Shown: one piece after another, positions 53,076-62,899 of the stretch
Position numbering within the stretch: position 1 is the stretch's first letter
Layout: each line of letters starts with the position of its first letter
Source: a candidate division WWE3 bacterium UBA1401
GTDB taxonomy: Bacteria > Patescibacteriota > WWE3 > UBA101185 > UBA10185
Direction of reading: 5' to 3'
Assembly (NCBI GenBank): GCA_002305115.1
Contig: DBQF01000001.1
Location: 10,286-74,285 of the forward strand
Length of the DNA stretch: 64,000 bases
Notes under the pieces: model-generated
The model's database searches: none
What the model was told of the DNA's origin: nothing
Seen by the model: only the letters and a program-made list of their open reading frames with translations
Position numbers and translations under genes: made by a program

Positions 53076-53845
53076 ATAGCTATCTTGCTAATTAATGGCT
53101 TCAGGCCACCCCACCCACTTACGAAATATGTCTGCAACAATGAGAAGAGGGTGGTTGTAACTAAATACAAAGTTACACCGGCGGGCAGTCTTGTACCTAT
53201 AATAAAGTTAATTATAGGCATCGTGTACAACATCTGATTTTGCACATTATACGCCACGTCATCTTTTTTGTCAGGGGTTTTTGCTGCGGCTTTTTCACCG
53301 GCTTCACTATAAGGAACAGTCATCTTAGATACTGCGAACTGCAGTAACCCAGACAGAGCGGCTAAAATAAAGAAAGGGTCCGGTTGAGCCAAGTTTAGAT
53401 ATAGAAATTGCGTTTTTATTTCCTCAATAGATACAAACTTTAAGGATTCAAAATAAATCAAGTCATTTATTTGGGCTAAATCAACTCCAGTAGAAATCTG
53501 CCTAATAACACTATATAGAGCAATAAGTACAATAATCATAACTAACTGCGTAACACACCCAGACGCGGGGTTAATACCATGTTTCTGAAATAATTCCATT
53601 TGTTTCTGCGCCTGCACTTTTTTATCGTGCTTATACTTTTGCTTTATTTTATCTAGTTCAGGCTGCAAGTCTCTTTGTTTCTTCACATTTTTTAGGGAGG
53701 GTAATACAACTGGAATTAACAAAGACCGAATTACAAGAGTAAGCAGGATAATAGCAACACCAAGGTTACCTACTATTTGATAGAGTAAAACTAAAATATT
53801 AAAGATAGGACCTACAAGCAATGTCTGATAAATCGTTGATAGCAT
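53063..53845 (-). CDS. yidC: membrane protein insertase YidC (short Gram-positive type)
   Basis: 260 aa with 5 TM helices and conserved ...MQELQPE-like (DLQPELDKIKQKYKHD) and GINP motifs. Confidence 0.9.
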   Translation of the reverse strand: MLSTIYQTLLVGPIFNILVLLYQIVGNLGVAIILLTLVIRSLLIPVVLPSLKNVKKQRDLQPELDKIKQKYKHDKKVQAQKQMELFQKHGINPASGCVTQLVMIIVLIALYSVIRQISTGVDLAQINDLIYFESLKFVSIEEIKTQFLYLNLAQPDPFFILAALSGLLQFAVSKMTVPYSEAGEKAAAKTPDKKDDVAYNVQNQMLYTMPIINFIIGTRLPAGVTLYLVTTTLFSLLQTYFVSGWGGLKPLISKIAIWKK

Positions 53846-53848
53846 ACT

Positions 53849-54064
53849 TTATTTTACCGGATCATGGCCTCCTTTAGAGAACGGATTACACCTGAGAATC
53901 CTCCAAAAACCCATGATTCCGCCTTTCACTACACCATATTTTACAATGGCCTGGTAAGTATATATAGAACAACTAGGCTCAAATCTACAAATTTTCAAAC
54001 CAAATCTACCTGGAGATAGGTATTTTCTGTAAAAGCTTATTAAACTCAGCATTAAGTTCTTCAT
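53849..54064 (-). CDS. yidD: membrane protein insertion efficiency factor YidD
   Basis: The sequence ISFYRKYLSP....CRFEPSCSIYTYQAI is the YidD signature. Confidence 0.85.
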   Translation of the reverse strand: MKNLMLSLISFYRKYLSPGRFGLKICRFEPSCSIYTYQAIVKYGVVKGGIMGFWRILRCNPFSKGGHDPVK

Positions 54065-54353
54065 AATTTTTTGTTAAGCATCCTCTGCGTGGTGTTATTA
54101 CAACCCAATAACCGCTTTTTATTTTAGCAAAGTTCTGCCGTACTAGCTCTCTAAATATTCTTTTTACCCTGTTTCTCATAACAGCGCGTTTATCGAATCT
54201 ATTTGATACAACAAAACCCACTTTCGTAGGGCCGTTATGATTCATAGGGCGTAAATATGTAAGATGGAAACTGGCCGAAGAACTACTAGTACCGTATTTT
54301 CTAACCAAATTAAATTCAAACTTAGAAGTTAAACGGTTTTCTTTTTTTAGCAT
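54006..54353 (-). CDS. rnpA: ribonuclease P protein component
   Basis: A basic 115-aa protein with RNRVKRIFRE (RNR motif), directly downstream of rpmH. Confidence 0.85.
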   Translation of the reverse strand: MLKKENRLTSKFEFNLVRKYGTSSSSASFHLTYLRPMNHNGPTKVGFVVSNRFDKRAVMRNRVKRIFRELVRQNFAKIKSGYWVVITPRRGCLTKNYEELNAEFNKLLQKIPISR

Positions 54354-54360
54354 TACTTAG

Positions 54361-54513
54361 TTATTTACGGTGCAATGAGACAGTTAACACTTTTCTCTTC
54401 TTGAGTCTTCTGCTCTTCAACACATTTATACCACCTTTTGATGCCATACGTTTTAGAAACCCGTGCTTCTTTACTCTTTTTCTTTTTTTTGGTTGCCAAA
54501 CTCTCTTAGGCAT
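54361..54513 (-). CDS. rpmH: 50S ribosomal protein L34
   Basis: The internal start gives [23 protein letters not shown], the canonical L34 N-terminus. The 14-codon upstream extension was rejected. Confidence 0.9.
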   Translation of the reverse strand: MPKRVWQPKKRKRVKKHGFLKRMASKGGINVLKSRRLKKRKVLTVSLHRK

Positions 54514-54579
54514 AACGTTGGAATAGTACCTAAACAATGCTGAATAGTCAACCATATTACAACTACCCTTGCTTGATAG

Positions 54580-54588
54580 TGTGGATAA
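54580..54588 (-). promoter_or_regulatory. Perfect DnaA box (TTATCCACA on the minus strand) in the rpmH-dnaA spacer
   Basis: tgtggataa is read directly from the sequence, 51 nt upstream of the dnaA ATG. Confidence 0.6.
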
Positions 54589-54638
54589 CCTTCCGTAAAG
54601 TTATAAACATAACTTAAAACTCTGCCCCTAGTTAACTT

Positions 54639-56063
54639 ATGCCCGATACAGTTCAAAACAAAAAAATTGAAGTTAACGCTTTATGGAGAGCTGTTCTTGC
54701 GGAACTACAACTAACCCTTTCTGCATACACCTACAACACTTGGATGGCTAACACAAAGGCCCGAAACTTAACCGAAGATGCACTGGAAATAATATGCCCC
54801 TCAGACTACTCTAAGAAAATTCTCGAAAAAAACTGCTACTCACTAATTCAACAGAGTGTAAATAAAATAGGTAAAGGTGAATATAAACTTTCATTTGTTA
54901 TAGGCGAGATAGAGAAGGGAAGTACTACGTCTAACCTTAAAAAAAGTGTCCCCCCAGCAGCCCCCCTGTTTGAACAGTCCACGCAAACATTCAGTACTAA
55001 AGAACTATACAAAGACAGTGGACTTTCAGGCCACTACACTTTCGATAATTACATCATGGGACCAAATAACAGGCTTGCGTATTCAATTGCATGGGCAGTT
55101 GCCACAGAACCGGGCAAAAATTACAACCCGGTGTTTTTCTATTCGGGAGTAGGATTAGGTAAAACTCATCTAATACAAGCCATAGGTAATAAGATTGCGC
55201 AGGAAAAACCTAACTTAAAAGTAGTATATACAACAGGCGAATCTTTCACTAACGAACTTATCGAATCAATTCAAAAAGGTAAACGGGGTAAAGGCTATGT
55301 ATCAGATCAGTTCAGAAAAAAATTCCGCAACGCAGATGTGCTGCTGGTGGATGATATTCAATTTATTGTAGGCAGACAATCTACCCAGGAAGAATTTTTC
55401 CATACATTTAACGCTTTATATATGGCCCAAAAACAAATAGTACTCACTTCCGACAGACCTCCCAAAGATTTCACAGATCTGGAAGAACGCATAACCTCAA
55501 GGTTCGGCAGCGGAATTTCTGCAGACATGCAACCGCCCGATGTAGATACAAGAGTAGCAATTTTAAGAAGCAAAAGAGACAGGGAAAACGAAGCAGTCCC
55601 AAACGATGTTATTGAGTATATTGCCCAGAAAGTAAATACAAATATTAGAGAACTGGAAGGGGCATACTTGCAGGTAGTAACTTACTCAAAAGCTACAGGT
55701 ATATCAATTACAACAGACTTGGCTATAAGAGCATTAGGTCAAACTATCAGGGAGGAAAAAAAAGCGCCCATTAACTTAAACCAGGTCTTAAAGGCAGTGT
55801 GCAACTACTACAGCGTTACCGGCAAAGAGCTAAAAGGTAAAAGGCGCACGAAAGACCTTGTGATTCCCAGACAAGTAGCTATGTACTTAATAAAAGAACT
55901 TACAGACACACCATACATGACTATTGGAGAATTCTTAGGCGGCAGAGACCATTCAACCATAATTCATGGCATCAAAAAAGTGGAGGAAGAACTAGAGGAA
56001 CTGCCAAAGACGAGGCAGGATATTGCTAACGTAAAGCAAATCATTTACCAGAACACCTTATAG
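54639..56063 (+). CDS. dnaA: chromosomal replication initiator protein DnaA
   Basis: The AAA+ Walker A is SGVGLGKTHL, followed by LLVDDIQF and the domain IV DNA-binding region (RQVAMYLIKELTDTPYMTIGEFLGGRDHSTIIHG). Confidence 0.97.
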   Translation: MPDTVQNKKIEVNALWRAVLAELQLTLSAYTYNTWMANTKARNLTEDALEIICPSDYSKKILEKNCYSLIQQSVNKIGKGEYKLSFVIGEIEKGSTTSNLKKSVPPAAPLFEQSTQTFSTKELYKDSGLSGHYTFDNYIMGPNNRLAYSIAWAVATEPGKNYNPVFFYSGVGLGKTHLIQAIGNKIAQEKPNLKVVYTTGESFTNELIESIQKGKRGKGYVSDQFRKKFRNADVLLVDDIQFIVGRQSTQEEFFHTFNALYMAQKQIVLTSDRPPKDFTDLEERITSRFGSGISADMQPPDVDTRVAILRSKRDRENEAVPNDVIEYIAQKVNTNIRELEGAYLQVVTYSKATGISITTDLAIRALGQTIREEKKAPINLNQVLKAVCNYYSVTGKELKGKRRTKDLVIPRQVAMYLIKELTDTPYMTIGEFLGGRDHSTIIHGIKKVEEELEELPKTRQDIANVKQIIYQNTL

Positions 56064-56352
56064 CTTAAATTGTGGATAATATAATATTAGGCTATAAGGC
56101 ATGTGCACAAAAGCTGTAAGTTATTAACATAAAAATCTACAAAAAAAACGATTTATACACAGCTGGAAAACTGATAACTAGAACAAGTAGCTTTACAAGA
56201 GAGGGCTAGAATCAACTGCGAAATTATGCACAAAGGAAGATTACTGGAGAAGCTGTAAGGGGGCGCAAGAAAGGAATAATCAACATATCCACAGTGCCTA
56301 TTACTACTGCTACGTATTATATATATACTTACAAACGATCTATAATGTTGAT
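56064..56352. other. Candidate oriC: DnaA-box cluster plus AT-rich unwinding tract
   Basis: The boxes are tgtggataa (56071-56079, perfect), ttatacaca (56153-56161), ttatgcaca (56224-56232) and atatccaca (56285-56293). An AT-rich tract (tattatatatatactt) lies at ~56314-56331. Gene orientation switches here. Confidence 0.6.
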
Positions 56353-57483
56353 ATGTATTGGGCATTAGCTACATTTGCAAAACTAACCAAATTTATACTA
56401 AACACTCTAAAGATAGGATATGGATATACTTTCCCTGGATTCTTGATTCTAAAACTTTTTCCAAATAGTTTAGGCTATTACAAAAATTTATTTCCTAAAG
56501 GAGTGATTTTAATCTCTGGGACAAATGGTAAAACTACTACTGCCAAACTTATTACTCATTTGTTAAAAGAATCAGGGTTTACTGTTACTCACAATACCTC
56601 GGGAGCTAATCTGCCAAGTGGTATTCTAACGCATCTCTTACTTTCCACTAATGTGTGGGGTCGCGTACAAAGTGATGTTGCTGTATTTGAAGTAGACGAA
56701 TTTCATTTACCTGCTTTGGTAAAGGCACTATCTCCAGAGGTCCTGGTCTTGCTTAATTTATCTCGTGATCAGCTAGATAGATATGGCGAAGTAGATACTA
56801 TTTTATCTAAATGGCAAAAGTGTTTAGCAGGTTTACCTGCTACCAGCCATGCAGTTATTGACGCTACCCAGAACTATTTGCATAGTGTTACTGCCAACTT
56901 CGCGGGTACCGTAACCTATTTTGAAGCTGCAACCTTTAAACCTCGCTCTTTTTTCGAGCAGTTTAGCGCCTCAAATATAGCAGCTGCTCTTACCTGCGGT
57001 GCACTATTCGGGTTAGCTGAAGATGTTATGCTTGATTCTCTGTTAACTATTAAGCCAGCTTTTGGTCGTGGTGAAACTATTACTTATCAAGGTAAGTCTT
57101 ATCACATTTTATTAGCAAAAAACCCCGCAAGTTTTAACTACAATTTATCTTTTTTATTAAGTACCAAATCTACTTTTGATCAGGTTATATTTGCCCTAAA
57201 TGACAATATTCCGGATGGCCGCGACGTGTCTTGGATTTATGATATTGATGCAAAAGCTTTACGCCAGTTTTGTGAAGGCAAGCATATTGTTGTTAGCGGT
57301 ATCCGTTATTTGGATATGGCATTACGGTTGGATTATGCGGGGGTTGATATGACAAACCTTTCTTTAATTTCAGATATTCAGAAGGCAGTTGCTGGTGTGC
57401 GTGCTGATAACTGTTTAGTTTTACCTAATTATTCCGCTATGCTGGAGGTTCGTAAAATTTTACAAGGGAGAAAAATATTGTGA
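56353..57483 (+). CDS. murT: lipid II isoglutaminyl synthase subunit MurT (Mur ligase family)
   Basis: Mur-ligase P-loop ISGTNGKTTT. Followed, and translationally coupled, by a GatD-like amidotransferase. Confidence 0.8.
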   Translation: MYWALATFAKLTKFILNTLKIGYGYTFPGFLILKLFPNSLGYYKNLFPKGVILISGTNGKTTTAKLITHLLKESGFTVTHNTSGANLPSGILTHLLLSTNVWGRVQSDVAVFEVDEFHLPALVKALSPEVLVLLNLSRDQLDRYGEVDTILSKWQKCLAGLPATSHAVIDATQNYLHSVTANFAGTVTYFEAATFKPRSFFEQFSASNIAAALTCGALFGLAEDVMLDSLLTIKPAFGRGETITYQGKSYHILLAKNPASFNYNLSFLLSTKSTFDQVIFALNDNIPDGRDVSWIYDIDAKALRQFCEGKHIVVSGIRYLDMALRLDYAGVDMTNLSLISDIQKAVAGVRADNCLVLPNYSAMLEVRKILQGRKIL

Positions 57484-58247
57484 AGTTAACAATTGGTTAC
57501 TTTTACCCGGAACTTCTTAATTTATATGGTGATAACGGTAATGTGGAAATACTGTGTGCCCGATCTGCCAGAAGAAATATCGACATAGAGCTTATACCTA
57601 TTAGTTTGATTACTAAATTAACTTCTGAGCTGATGCATAAGTTTAATTTTGTTTTCATGGGTGGTGGACCCGACGCTGCTCAGAAGGATGTATACCATGA
57701 TTTAGTTACCGCTAAGGGTGATTACCTTAGAGATTATATTGATAATGGTGGTGTGGGGCTTTTTATTTGTGGCTCTTTCCAGTTATTGGGTAAGTATTAC
57801 AAGGCTGCGGATGGTAGTGTGTTGGAAGGTTTAAGTATATTTGATGCCTATACAGAACATCCCGGAGATAACGCCAGAAGGTGTATTGGCAACGTTGTTT
57901 GTTATCTTAATGAGCATTTGTTGGCTGATCCGGTATTTCAAGCTGTTAACCATGTGGGTGATACATTAGCGGGTTTTGAGAATCATGGCGGTAGAACATT
58001 TTTAGAAAGTTCCGCTCACAGTTTCGCGCGGGTTGCAAAGGGTTATGGTAACAATCACGCGGATGCCTCCGAAGGGATTTGGTACAAGAATGCTATTGGA
58101 ACCTATTTGCATGGGCCTGTTTTAGCACGAAACCCCCACTTGGCAGATTATTTTATTTGCAAAAGCCTCAATGTCTCTGAGTTGGCACCGTTGGATGATG
58201 AGTTAAGTACTAAGGCTCATTTTATGAGTCTGCGGTTAAAGCAATGA
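57480..58247 (+). CDS. gatD: lipid II isoglutaminyl synthase glutaminase subunit GatD (CobB/CobQ-like GATase)
   Basis: The N-terminus LTIGYFYPELLNLYGDNGN and the nucleophile Cys context (LFICGSFQLLG) plus YLHGP are typical of GatD. GTG start overlaps the murT stop. Confidence 0.8.
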   Translation: MKLTIGYFYPELLNLYGDNGNVEILCARSARRNIDIELIPISLITKLTSELMHKFNFVFMGGGPDAAQKDVYHDLVTAKGDYLRDYIDNGGVGLFICGSFQLLGKYYKAADGSVLEGLSIFDAYTEHPGDNARRCIGNVVCYLNEHLLADPVFQAVNHVGDTLAGFENHGGRTFLESSAHSFARVAKGYGNNHADASEGIWYKNAIGTYLHGPVLARNPHLADYFICKSLNVSELAPLDDELSTKAHFMSLRLKQ

Positions 58248-59479
58248 GTGTGCATAAAAAAATATTCTTTTTGATTGTGCTCCTGTTTCCCGTAAATTTG
58301 GGAAAGCATTTTATTATTAGTTCCTCTTATATACACGGAAAGCTCCTAGATTATTTAGTTCCCACAGTGTATTTGCTAGATGTTTTAATAGTAATGCTCT
58401 TATTGGCATGGCTGCCTTTTATAAAGGCAACTTGTTCTAGGCGCAAAGCAATTTTTAAAGAGCCCGCCGTCTTATTTTTGGGAAGTTTTATTGTTGCACA
58501 ACTTTGTGCCTCTTTTGTTTCTACCAATGCTTTTTTAAGTTTTTACAGTGTTTTACGTACTGTCTTGTACGCTTTGTTTTTTATTTATTGTTTAGTTAAT
58601 TTAGAGTTTCCCAAGGATTTTATTGTTATAACTCGGCTGCTGAGCGTTTCGGTACTGTTGCTTGCTTTACTGGGTTTCGGCCAGTGGTTTAAGCAGAGGT
58701 CAGTGTTTGATAATTATCTTGTATTAGGCGAGCAACCTTATGGCAGTGCCACTGAAAATGTAGCTGTGGAAAATGTTTTTGATGTTGCTAAGATCCCGCC
58801 CTATGGTTTGTTCAGGCACCCAAATGTGTTTGGAGCTTTTTTAAGTATTGTCTTGGTGTGGCTTGTGGCGTCTTTAAAATGGGAAGGTAGTGCTTGGAAA
58901 TTCTTCAAGTTGGGAGTTGTAGGGCTTGGAAGTATAGTGTTGGTGCTTACTATAAGTAAGTTGGCCTGGCTCAGTTTTGTCTTGGGCATTCTGTTAGTGT
59001 GGTTGTTGCTTCGCAGGGGGTTTGCCAGGTTTATTATTGTATTAGTACTTTTTGGAGTGATTGGTGGTCATTTATTGCCTCTATTTTCGCTAAAAGGCGC
59101 TTCTATTGAACGCAGATCTGATCTGCTTAAAGCCTCCTACAGCATGGTTTTAAAAAGTCCCCTATTTGGAATAGGTCCTGGTCTAAATACAGCATATATA
59201 GAAACCTATTCAGTAGATTTAGGCTTATCCAGATATGCCCAGCCTGTTCATAACATTTTTGTACTACTCACTTCCGAATCCGGTATTCTTGCTCTCAGTG
59301 CCTTTGTATTACTGCTAATTGCATTACTTAGGAAAGCTTTCCGTGGTCACCCCGTTTTTATCATTGCGCTGGTTCAGATAATCCTATTAGGTCTATTTGA
59401 TCACTATTTCTTAACCATACATCAGACATCTTTAGTTATGTGGTTGACGTTTGCCCTCACCCTGCTACAATTTTACTAA
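58244..59479 (+). CDS. O-antigen ligase/Wzy_C family membrane protein
   Basis: About 10-12 TM helices, with an extracytoplasmic loop followed by ...AQPVHNIFVLLTSESGILAL, which is typical of the Wzy_C family. Confidence 0.7.
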   Translation: MSVHKKIFFLIVLLFPVNLGKHFIISSSYIHGKLLDYLVPTVYLLDVLIVMLLLAWLPFIKATCSRRKAIFKEPAVLFLGSFIVAQLCASFVSTNAFLSFYSVLRTVLYALFFIYCLVNLEFPKDFIVITRLLSVSVLLLALLGFGQWFKQRSVFDNYLVLGEQPYGSATENVAVENVFDVAKIPPYGLFRHPNVFGAFLSIVLVWLVASLKWEGSAWKFFKLGVVGLGSIVLVLTISKLAWLSFVLGILLVWLLLRRGFARFIIVLVLFGVIGGHLLPLFSLKGASIERRSDLLKASYSMVLKSPLFGIGPGLNTAYIETYSVDLGLSRYAQPVHNIFVLLTSESGILALSAFVLLLIALLRKAFRGHPVFIIALVQIILLGLFDHYFLTIHQTSLVMWLTFALTLLQFY

Positions 59480-60765
59480 TGAAAAGTAGATTGCCTGCCC
59501 TAATACTTTTATTTTTTCTAGCTTTTGTACTTTCTGCCTGTTCTATACAGGATTTACCTCTTATTAGTGATTATATAGATGGTGGTACTTCTACAGGTTC
59601 CACACCTGTCACTTTGACCATGTGGGGGTTATGGGAAGATCCCCAAGTTATGGCTGCCTTGATCCAAAAGTATCAGGTCGAACATCCTAATGTGACCATA
59701 AACTATGAAGATCGCTCGGTTATGAAGCCTTTGGTGGATTACAAGGAGCGAGTTTATACCAGGTTAGGTGCCAGTGATGGTCCTGACATTATTCGAGTGC
59801 ACAATACTTGGGTAAAATCTATGGCTTCAAAACTTGTTCCCGCACCAAATAATGTAATGACAGCTGATGCTTACAAGACTGCATTTTATCCGGTCGCGGT
59901 TGATAGCGCGGTTATTAATGACAATGTATATGCTATGCCAACTTATTATGATGGCTTAGTACTCCTTTATAACAAAGACCATTTTAGAAGTGTTGGTCAG
60001 GAAGCTCCCCCTACTGCCTGGGAAGAGTTCAGGAGGCTTGCGCTTGATTTATCTATTTGGTCTGGTGATAACGAGTTGGTTCGAGCAGGTGCGGCTATGG
60101 GTAATGCCTCTAATATTGAACATTTTTCTGATATTTTAGGTATGATGTTTTCTCAGGCGGGTGTACGCATTCCCGCTGATTTAGATAAAGAAGCTGCCCA
60201 ACATGCACTTATGTTCTATACCAACTTTATTAAGGAAGACAAAATTTGGTCCACTTCTTTTCCGGAAGCAACCGACGCTTTTGCTAATGGCCAGGTTTCT
60301 ATGATTTTTGCTCCGGTTTGGCGCATTATCGATATCAAGAAGGCTTCGCCTCAATTGAATTTTGGGGTGGCTTCTGTGCCACAGGCTGTATCTGCGCAGC
60401 CTGCTTCCTGGGCTAGCTTTTGGATGGATGCTGTGTCTACCAGTTGTGAGCACCCCAAAGTTGCTTGGGATTTCATTAACTTCCTGGCTTCTGATGAACA
60501 GCAACTTTATATGTATAACGAATATGCCAGAGCGCGCGGTGTTACTGTTCCTTATAGCAAAGCCTCTCTAAATGCGGATTTGCAACTAGATACTATTTTA
60601 AAGCCTGTTATTACAGATGCACCTTATGCGAAATCTGCAGAGATAGCAGCACGTGCCGGTAACAGACGCCAAGAAACTGCTCTTAAGGATGCTGTTGAAG
60701 CAGTGCTCCGTGGTGATGACCCTTCCTTAGCTTTAACCACAGCTAAGGGTATAATCTCCCAATGA
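59479..60765 (+). CDS. ABC transporter solute-binding lipoprotein (family 1, sugar-type), orphan
   Basis: The internal start MKSRLPALILLFFLAFVLSAC gives a lipobox (LSAC). Periplasmic-binding-protein features are present. No permease or ATPase genes are adjacent. Confidence 0.75.
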   Translation: MKSRLPALILLFFLAFVLSACSIQDLPLISDYIDGGTSTGSTPVTLTMWGLWEDPQVMAALIQKYQVEHPNVTINYEDRSVMKPLVDYKERVYTRLGASDGPDIIRVHNTWVKSMASKLVPAPNNVMTADAYKTAFYPVAVDSAVINDNVYAMPTYYDGLVLLYNKDHFRSVGQEAPPTAWEEFRRLALDLSIWSGDNELVRAGAAMGNASNIEHFSDILGMMFSQAGVRIPADLDKEAAQHALMFYTNFIKEDKIWSTSFPEATDAFANGQVSMIFAPVWRIIDIKKASPQLNFGVASVPQAVSAQPASWASFWMDAVSTSCEHPKVAWDFINFLASDEQQLYMYNEYARARGVTVPYSKASLNADLQLDTILKPVITDAPYAKSAEIAARAGNRRQETALKDAVEAVLRGDDPSLALTTAKGIISQ

Positions 60766-61670
60766 AGAAGATTTTAATAATCGATACTTTCAACTTTTTG
60801 CATCGGGCGTATCATGCTCTGCCCAAAACATTAACAAATAAGGCGGGGGAGCCTACCAATGCCATCTATGGTGTGACATCTATGCTTATTAGTGTGTTCG
60901 ATCAACTTAAACCCGATTGTGTTATGGCCGCTTTAGATGGTGGCAAACCTACCTTCAGGCTAGAGCAATTTACTGGCTACAAAGCGCATAGAAGGCCTAT
61001 GGAAGATGGTCTTTCTTCTCAAATACCTAAAGTATTAGCTGTCCTAGACGCTTTTGGTTTAAAAAGACTTCAGGTAGACGGCTATGAGGCTGATGATATT
61101 ATTGCTACGTTTGTGGAAAAGTATAAAGCTGATACTTCCCTGGAAATTGTAATTGTATCTAACGACAGGGATTTATGGCAGCTTGTGGAAGATAACGTAC
61201 TTATTATGGTACCAATTAACAAGAAGGGAGTGCCTGTAGAATGGATAGGCCCCAAGGAGGTTGTTGCCCGTATGAGTTTTACTCCTGAACTTATTGTTGA
61301 TTATAAGGCCTTGCGGGGTGACCCAAGTGACAATATTCCTGGGGTATATGGAATTGGTGATAAAACAGCTAAAAGCCTAATAAGTCAGTTTGGTACCGTG
61401 GAAGAGATCTATCAGCATCTTGCCGAAGTGGAACCCGCGTCTGTAAGAAAGAAGTTGGCCGAAGGTGCGGAGCAGGTAGTTATGAGCAAGAATTTGGCGC
61501 AACTTATTAGAGATGTTCCTCTTGAAGTTGATCTGGAAGAATGTGTATATACAGGGTTTGATAAGCAAGCTCTTGTAAAACTTTTAGCTGATTTAGGGTT
61601 TAGGTCTTTAATTAAACGGCTTGGACTAACCGAACCCCCCGAAGAAACGGATCAACTTTCTTTATTTTAA
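60762..61670 (+). CDS. 5'-3' exonuclease (stand-alone Pol I N-terminal/FEN domain)
   Basis: ILIIDTFNFLHRAYHAL, EADDIIAT, SNDRDLWQL and the H3TH motif LRGDPSDNIPGVYGIGDKTA are all present. Confidence 0.85.
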   Translation: MKKILIIDTFNFLHRAYHALPKTLTNKAGEPTNAIYGVTSMLISVFDQLKPDCVMAALDGGKPTFRLEQFTGYKAHRRPMEDGLSSQIPKVLAVLDAFGLKRLQVDGYEADDIIATFVEKYKADTSLEIVIVSNDRDLWQLVEDNVLIMVPINKKGVPVEWIGPKEVVARMSFTPELIVDYKALRGDPSDNIPGVYGIGDKTAKSLISQFGTVEEIYQHLAEVEPASVRKKLAEGAEQVVMSKNLAQLIRDVPLEVDLEECVYTGFDKQALVKLLADLGFRSLIKRLGLTEPPEETDQLSLF

Positions 61671-61691
61671 TTATTGTATAATTTGGCCGCT

Positions 61692-62702
61692 ATGAACATA
61701 CTTGCTATAGAAACCTCTTGTGATGAAACTGCTGCTGCTGTTGTAGAAAATGGTGTAAAGGAAATTGCTTCGGTTGTTGCTTCTTCAAAAGATTTTCATG
61801 AGCAAACCGGTGGTATTGTCCCTGAAGTTGCTGCCCGTAAGCAAGTAGAATTTTTGTTGCCTGTATTGGAGCAAACACTACTTAAGGCGTTTGGTACTAA
61901 ATCTGCGCAAGATCAACTTGATGCGTTAGCCGTTACGGTTGGGCCGGGGCTTGTAGGTTCACTTATTGTAGGGGTGGAAGCTGCTAAGGCATTAGCTTTT
62001 GCCTGGCATAAACCTTTAATTCCTGTTAATCACTTGGTTGGGCACATCTATGCTAATTTTATTAATGATCCTGGTATAAAGTTTCCTGCGTTGGTGTTGG
62101 TTGTAAGCGGTGGCCACACAGATCTGGTTCTGATGAAATCCCACGGAGAATTTGAGTTTATTGGCGGCACACTAGATGATGCGGCAGGTGAGGCTTTTGA
62201 CAAGACAGCCCGCATTTTAGGTATTGCTAATTATTTAGGAGGCGCAAAATTATCAAAGGTTGCTGCTGCTTGTAGGGTGAATACTATTACGGGTACCTTG
62301 CCCCGGCCGCTTGTGGATTCGGAAGGTTACGATTTCTCTTTTTCAGGGCTGAAAACTGCTGTTAAGAGGCTTTGGGAAAATGAAAATTTGCCTGTAGAAG
62401 TTGTAGCCAGAGAGTTTGAAGACGCAGTCGTTGATGTACTGGTAGCAAAGGCTAGTAAGGCGGCGCAAGACTTTAAAGTAGTGTCAATTTTGTTGGGTGG
62501 TGGTGTTTCGGCTAATGGGATGCTTAGGGCTAGGATGCAGAAGGAAGCGGATGCTCTAGGGGTGTCTTTGTATGTGCCGCCTGTGAGGTTATGTACGGAT
62601 AATGCGGTGTATATTGCATCTGCGGCGTTTTTTAATCAAAATTATCCGGATTTATCTACTATTTCCCCCAACCCCTCCCTGGAAATAACTTCTAACTTCT
62701 AA
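61692..62702 (+). CDS. tsaD: tRNA N6-adenosine threonylcarbamoyltransferase TsaD
   Basis: ILAIETSCDETAAAV, the metal-binding His pair HLVGH, and SGGHT are present. I prefer the ATG at 61692 to the TTG track start. Confidence 0.93.
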   Translation: MNILAIETSCDETAAAVVENGVKEIASVVASSKDFHEQTGGIVPEVAARKQVEFLLPVLEQTLLKAFGTKSAQDQLDALAVTVGPGLVGSLIVGVEAAKALAFAWHKPLIPVNHLVGHIYANFINDPGIKFPALVLVVSGGHTDLVLMKSHGEFEFIGGTLDDAAGEAFDKTARILGIANYLGGAKLSKVAAACRVNTITGTLPRPLVDSEGYDFSFSGLKTAVKRLWENENLPVEVVAREFEDAVVDVLVAKASKAAQDFKVVSILLGGGVSANGMLRARMQKEADALGVSLYVPPVRLCTDNAVYIASAAFFNQNYPDLSTISPNPSLEITSNF

Positions 62703-62729
62703 CATACTCCCTAAAAGTATCTTTCTCCT

Positions 62730-62760
62730 GTTAGTAGTCAGTTGTTAGCAGTTAGTAGTC
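62730..62760 (+). repeat. Degenerate GTTAGTA heptamer array after tsaD (gttagta gtcagtt gttagca gttagta gtc)
   Basis: Read directly from the sequence, about 28 nt after the tsaD stop. It has the same unit as the arrays at 9109, 20464 and 38621. Confidence 0.75.
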
Positions 62761-62829
62761 AAATGTCTACTTAGACTAGAAAATACCCCCTTGAATTGGG
62801 TGACACCAGGTAATAAACTATAGGTACGA

Positions 62830-62872
62830 ATGTGCCCAGCACTACAGGATGCGGGGGCACATCTCCCTTTTG
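62830..62872 (+). terminator. Candidate terminator hairpin (ATGTGCCC-N17-GGGCACAT followed by CTCCCTTTTG)
   Basis: 8-bp stem with a short T-run, downstream of tsaD. Confidence 0.3.
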
Positions 62873-62890
62873 ATACAGCGTATTATCTAT

Positions 62891-62899
62891 TGTGGATAA
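62891..62899 (-). promoter_or_regulatory. Perfect DnaA-box sequence (tgtggataa) 4 nt upstream of the comF-like ATG
   Basis: Read directly from the sequence. Identical to the boxes at 54580 and 56071. Confidence 0.4.

Noticed and set aside
54514-54555. 14-codon extension upstream of rpmH ([14 protein letters not shown])
   Set aside because: L34 universally begins MKRT/MPKR-like. The internal ATG at 54513 gives the canonical N-terminus, and the extension would run into the promoter and DnaA-box spacer.
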